A DNA stretch of 64,000 bases from Bacteroidota bacterium. GTDB lineage: Bacteria; Bacteroidota; Ignavibacteria; UBA10030; UBA6906. The stretch spans positions 85,997-149,996 of the forward strand of contig JAHBUR010000007.1 in assembly GCA_019637975.1 (NCBI GenBank), read 5' to 3'. A program made the translations under genes and the position numbers. Under the pieces are notes generated by a model. It was not told where the DNA came from and searched no databases. It worked only from the letters and a program-made list of their open reading frames with translations. The first letter of the stretch is position 1. Every line of letters starts with the position of its first letter. Positions 63,940 through 64,000 of the stretch are shown one piece after another.

Positions 63940-64000
63940 ATGGTAGGGATTCTGAAGCGCCCCATTGTTACGGAAAAGCTGACTGCAATGCAGGACAAAG
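63940..64000 (+). CDS. rplW: 50S ribosomal protein L23 (5' fragment; runs off the window)
   Basis: MVGILKRPIVTEKLTAMQDK. Confidence 0.7.
   Translation, partial: MVGILKRPIVTEKLTAMQDK

Overview
This 64 kb chromosomal window comes from a moderately GC-rich (roughly 55-58% GC by eye) member of the Fibrobacteres-Chlorobi-Bacteroidetes (FCB) superphylum. Three proteins carry C-terminal type IX secretion (T9SS) sorting domains, yet the visible promoters follow the canonical TTGACA-N17-TATAAT form, which argues against Bacteroidia proper.

The 3' third (45.4-64 kb) is the conserved translation/transcription core: tRNA-Thr, tRNA-Tyr, tRNA-Gly, tRNA-Thr, rpmG, tRNA-Trp, secE, nusG, rplK, rplA, rplJ, rplL, rpoB, rpoC, rpsL, rpsG, fusA, tuf, rpsJ, rplC, rplD, rplW.

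The 5' two thirds mix housekeeping genes with accessory blocks:
- An ExbB(partial)-ExbD-ExbD-TonB-PstS-like-TPR cluster.
- A signal-peptide M1 aminopeptidase, an orphan ECF sigma factor with a textbook sigma70-type promoter, and a NUDIX hydrolase.
- A T9SS-secreted S1/P1 nuclease.
- A copper module: an AraC-type regulator with an N-terminal metal-binding domain, a small outer-membrane beta-barrel, copZ and copA.
- An 11 kb insertion between a tRNA-Met(CAU) and tilS. It encodes a 1473-aa mosaic T9SS protein (beta-helix, metzincin motif, vWA-like segment, GLTWQG hexapeptide tandem repeats), a periplasmic beta-propeller/Y_Y_Y sensor fused to a PP2C phosphatase, and a complete RsbW/RsbV/RsbU-like partner-switching module with no adjacent sigma factor.
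- The conserved tilS-hpt-ftsH trio.
- A low-GC restriction-modification cassette (SPPY methyltransferase plus an overlapping putative endonuclease) flanked by a palindromic element.
- The HpnC-HpnD-HpnE squalene route, a response regulator, two tandem DUF1624 acyltransferase-like membrane proteins, a GH13 alpha-amylase and a Sco1-family copper chaperone.

The most novel candidate is the tRNA-Met-adjacent island: a giant secreted mosaic protein combined with a sensor-phosphatase-driven partner-switching circuit whose output is unknown.

No CRISPR array, insertion sequence or rRNA was seen.
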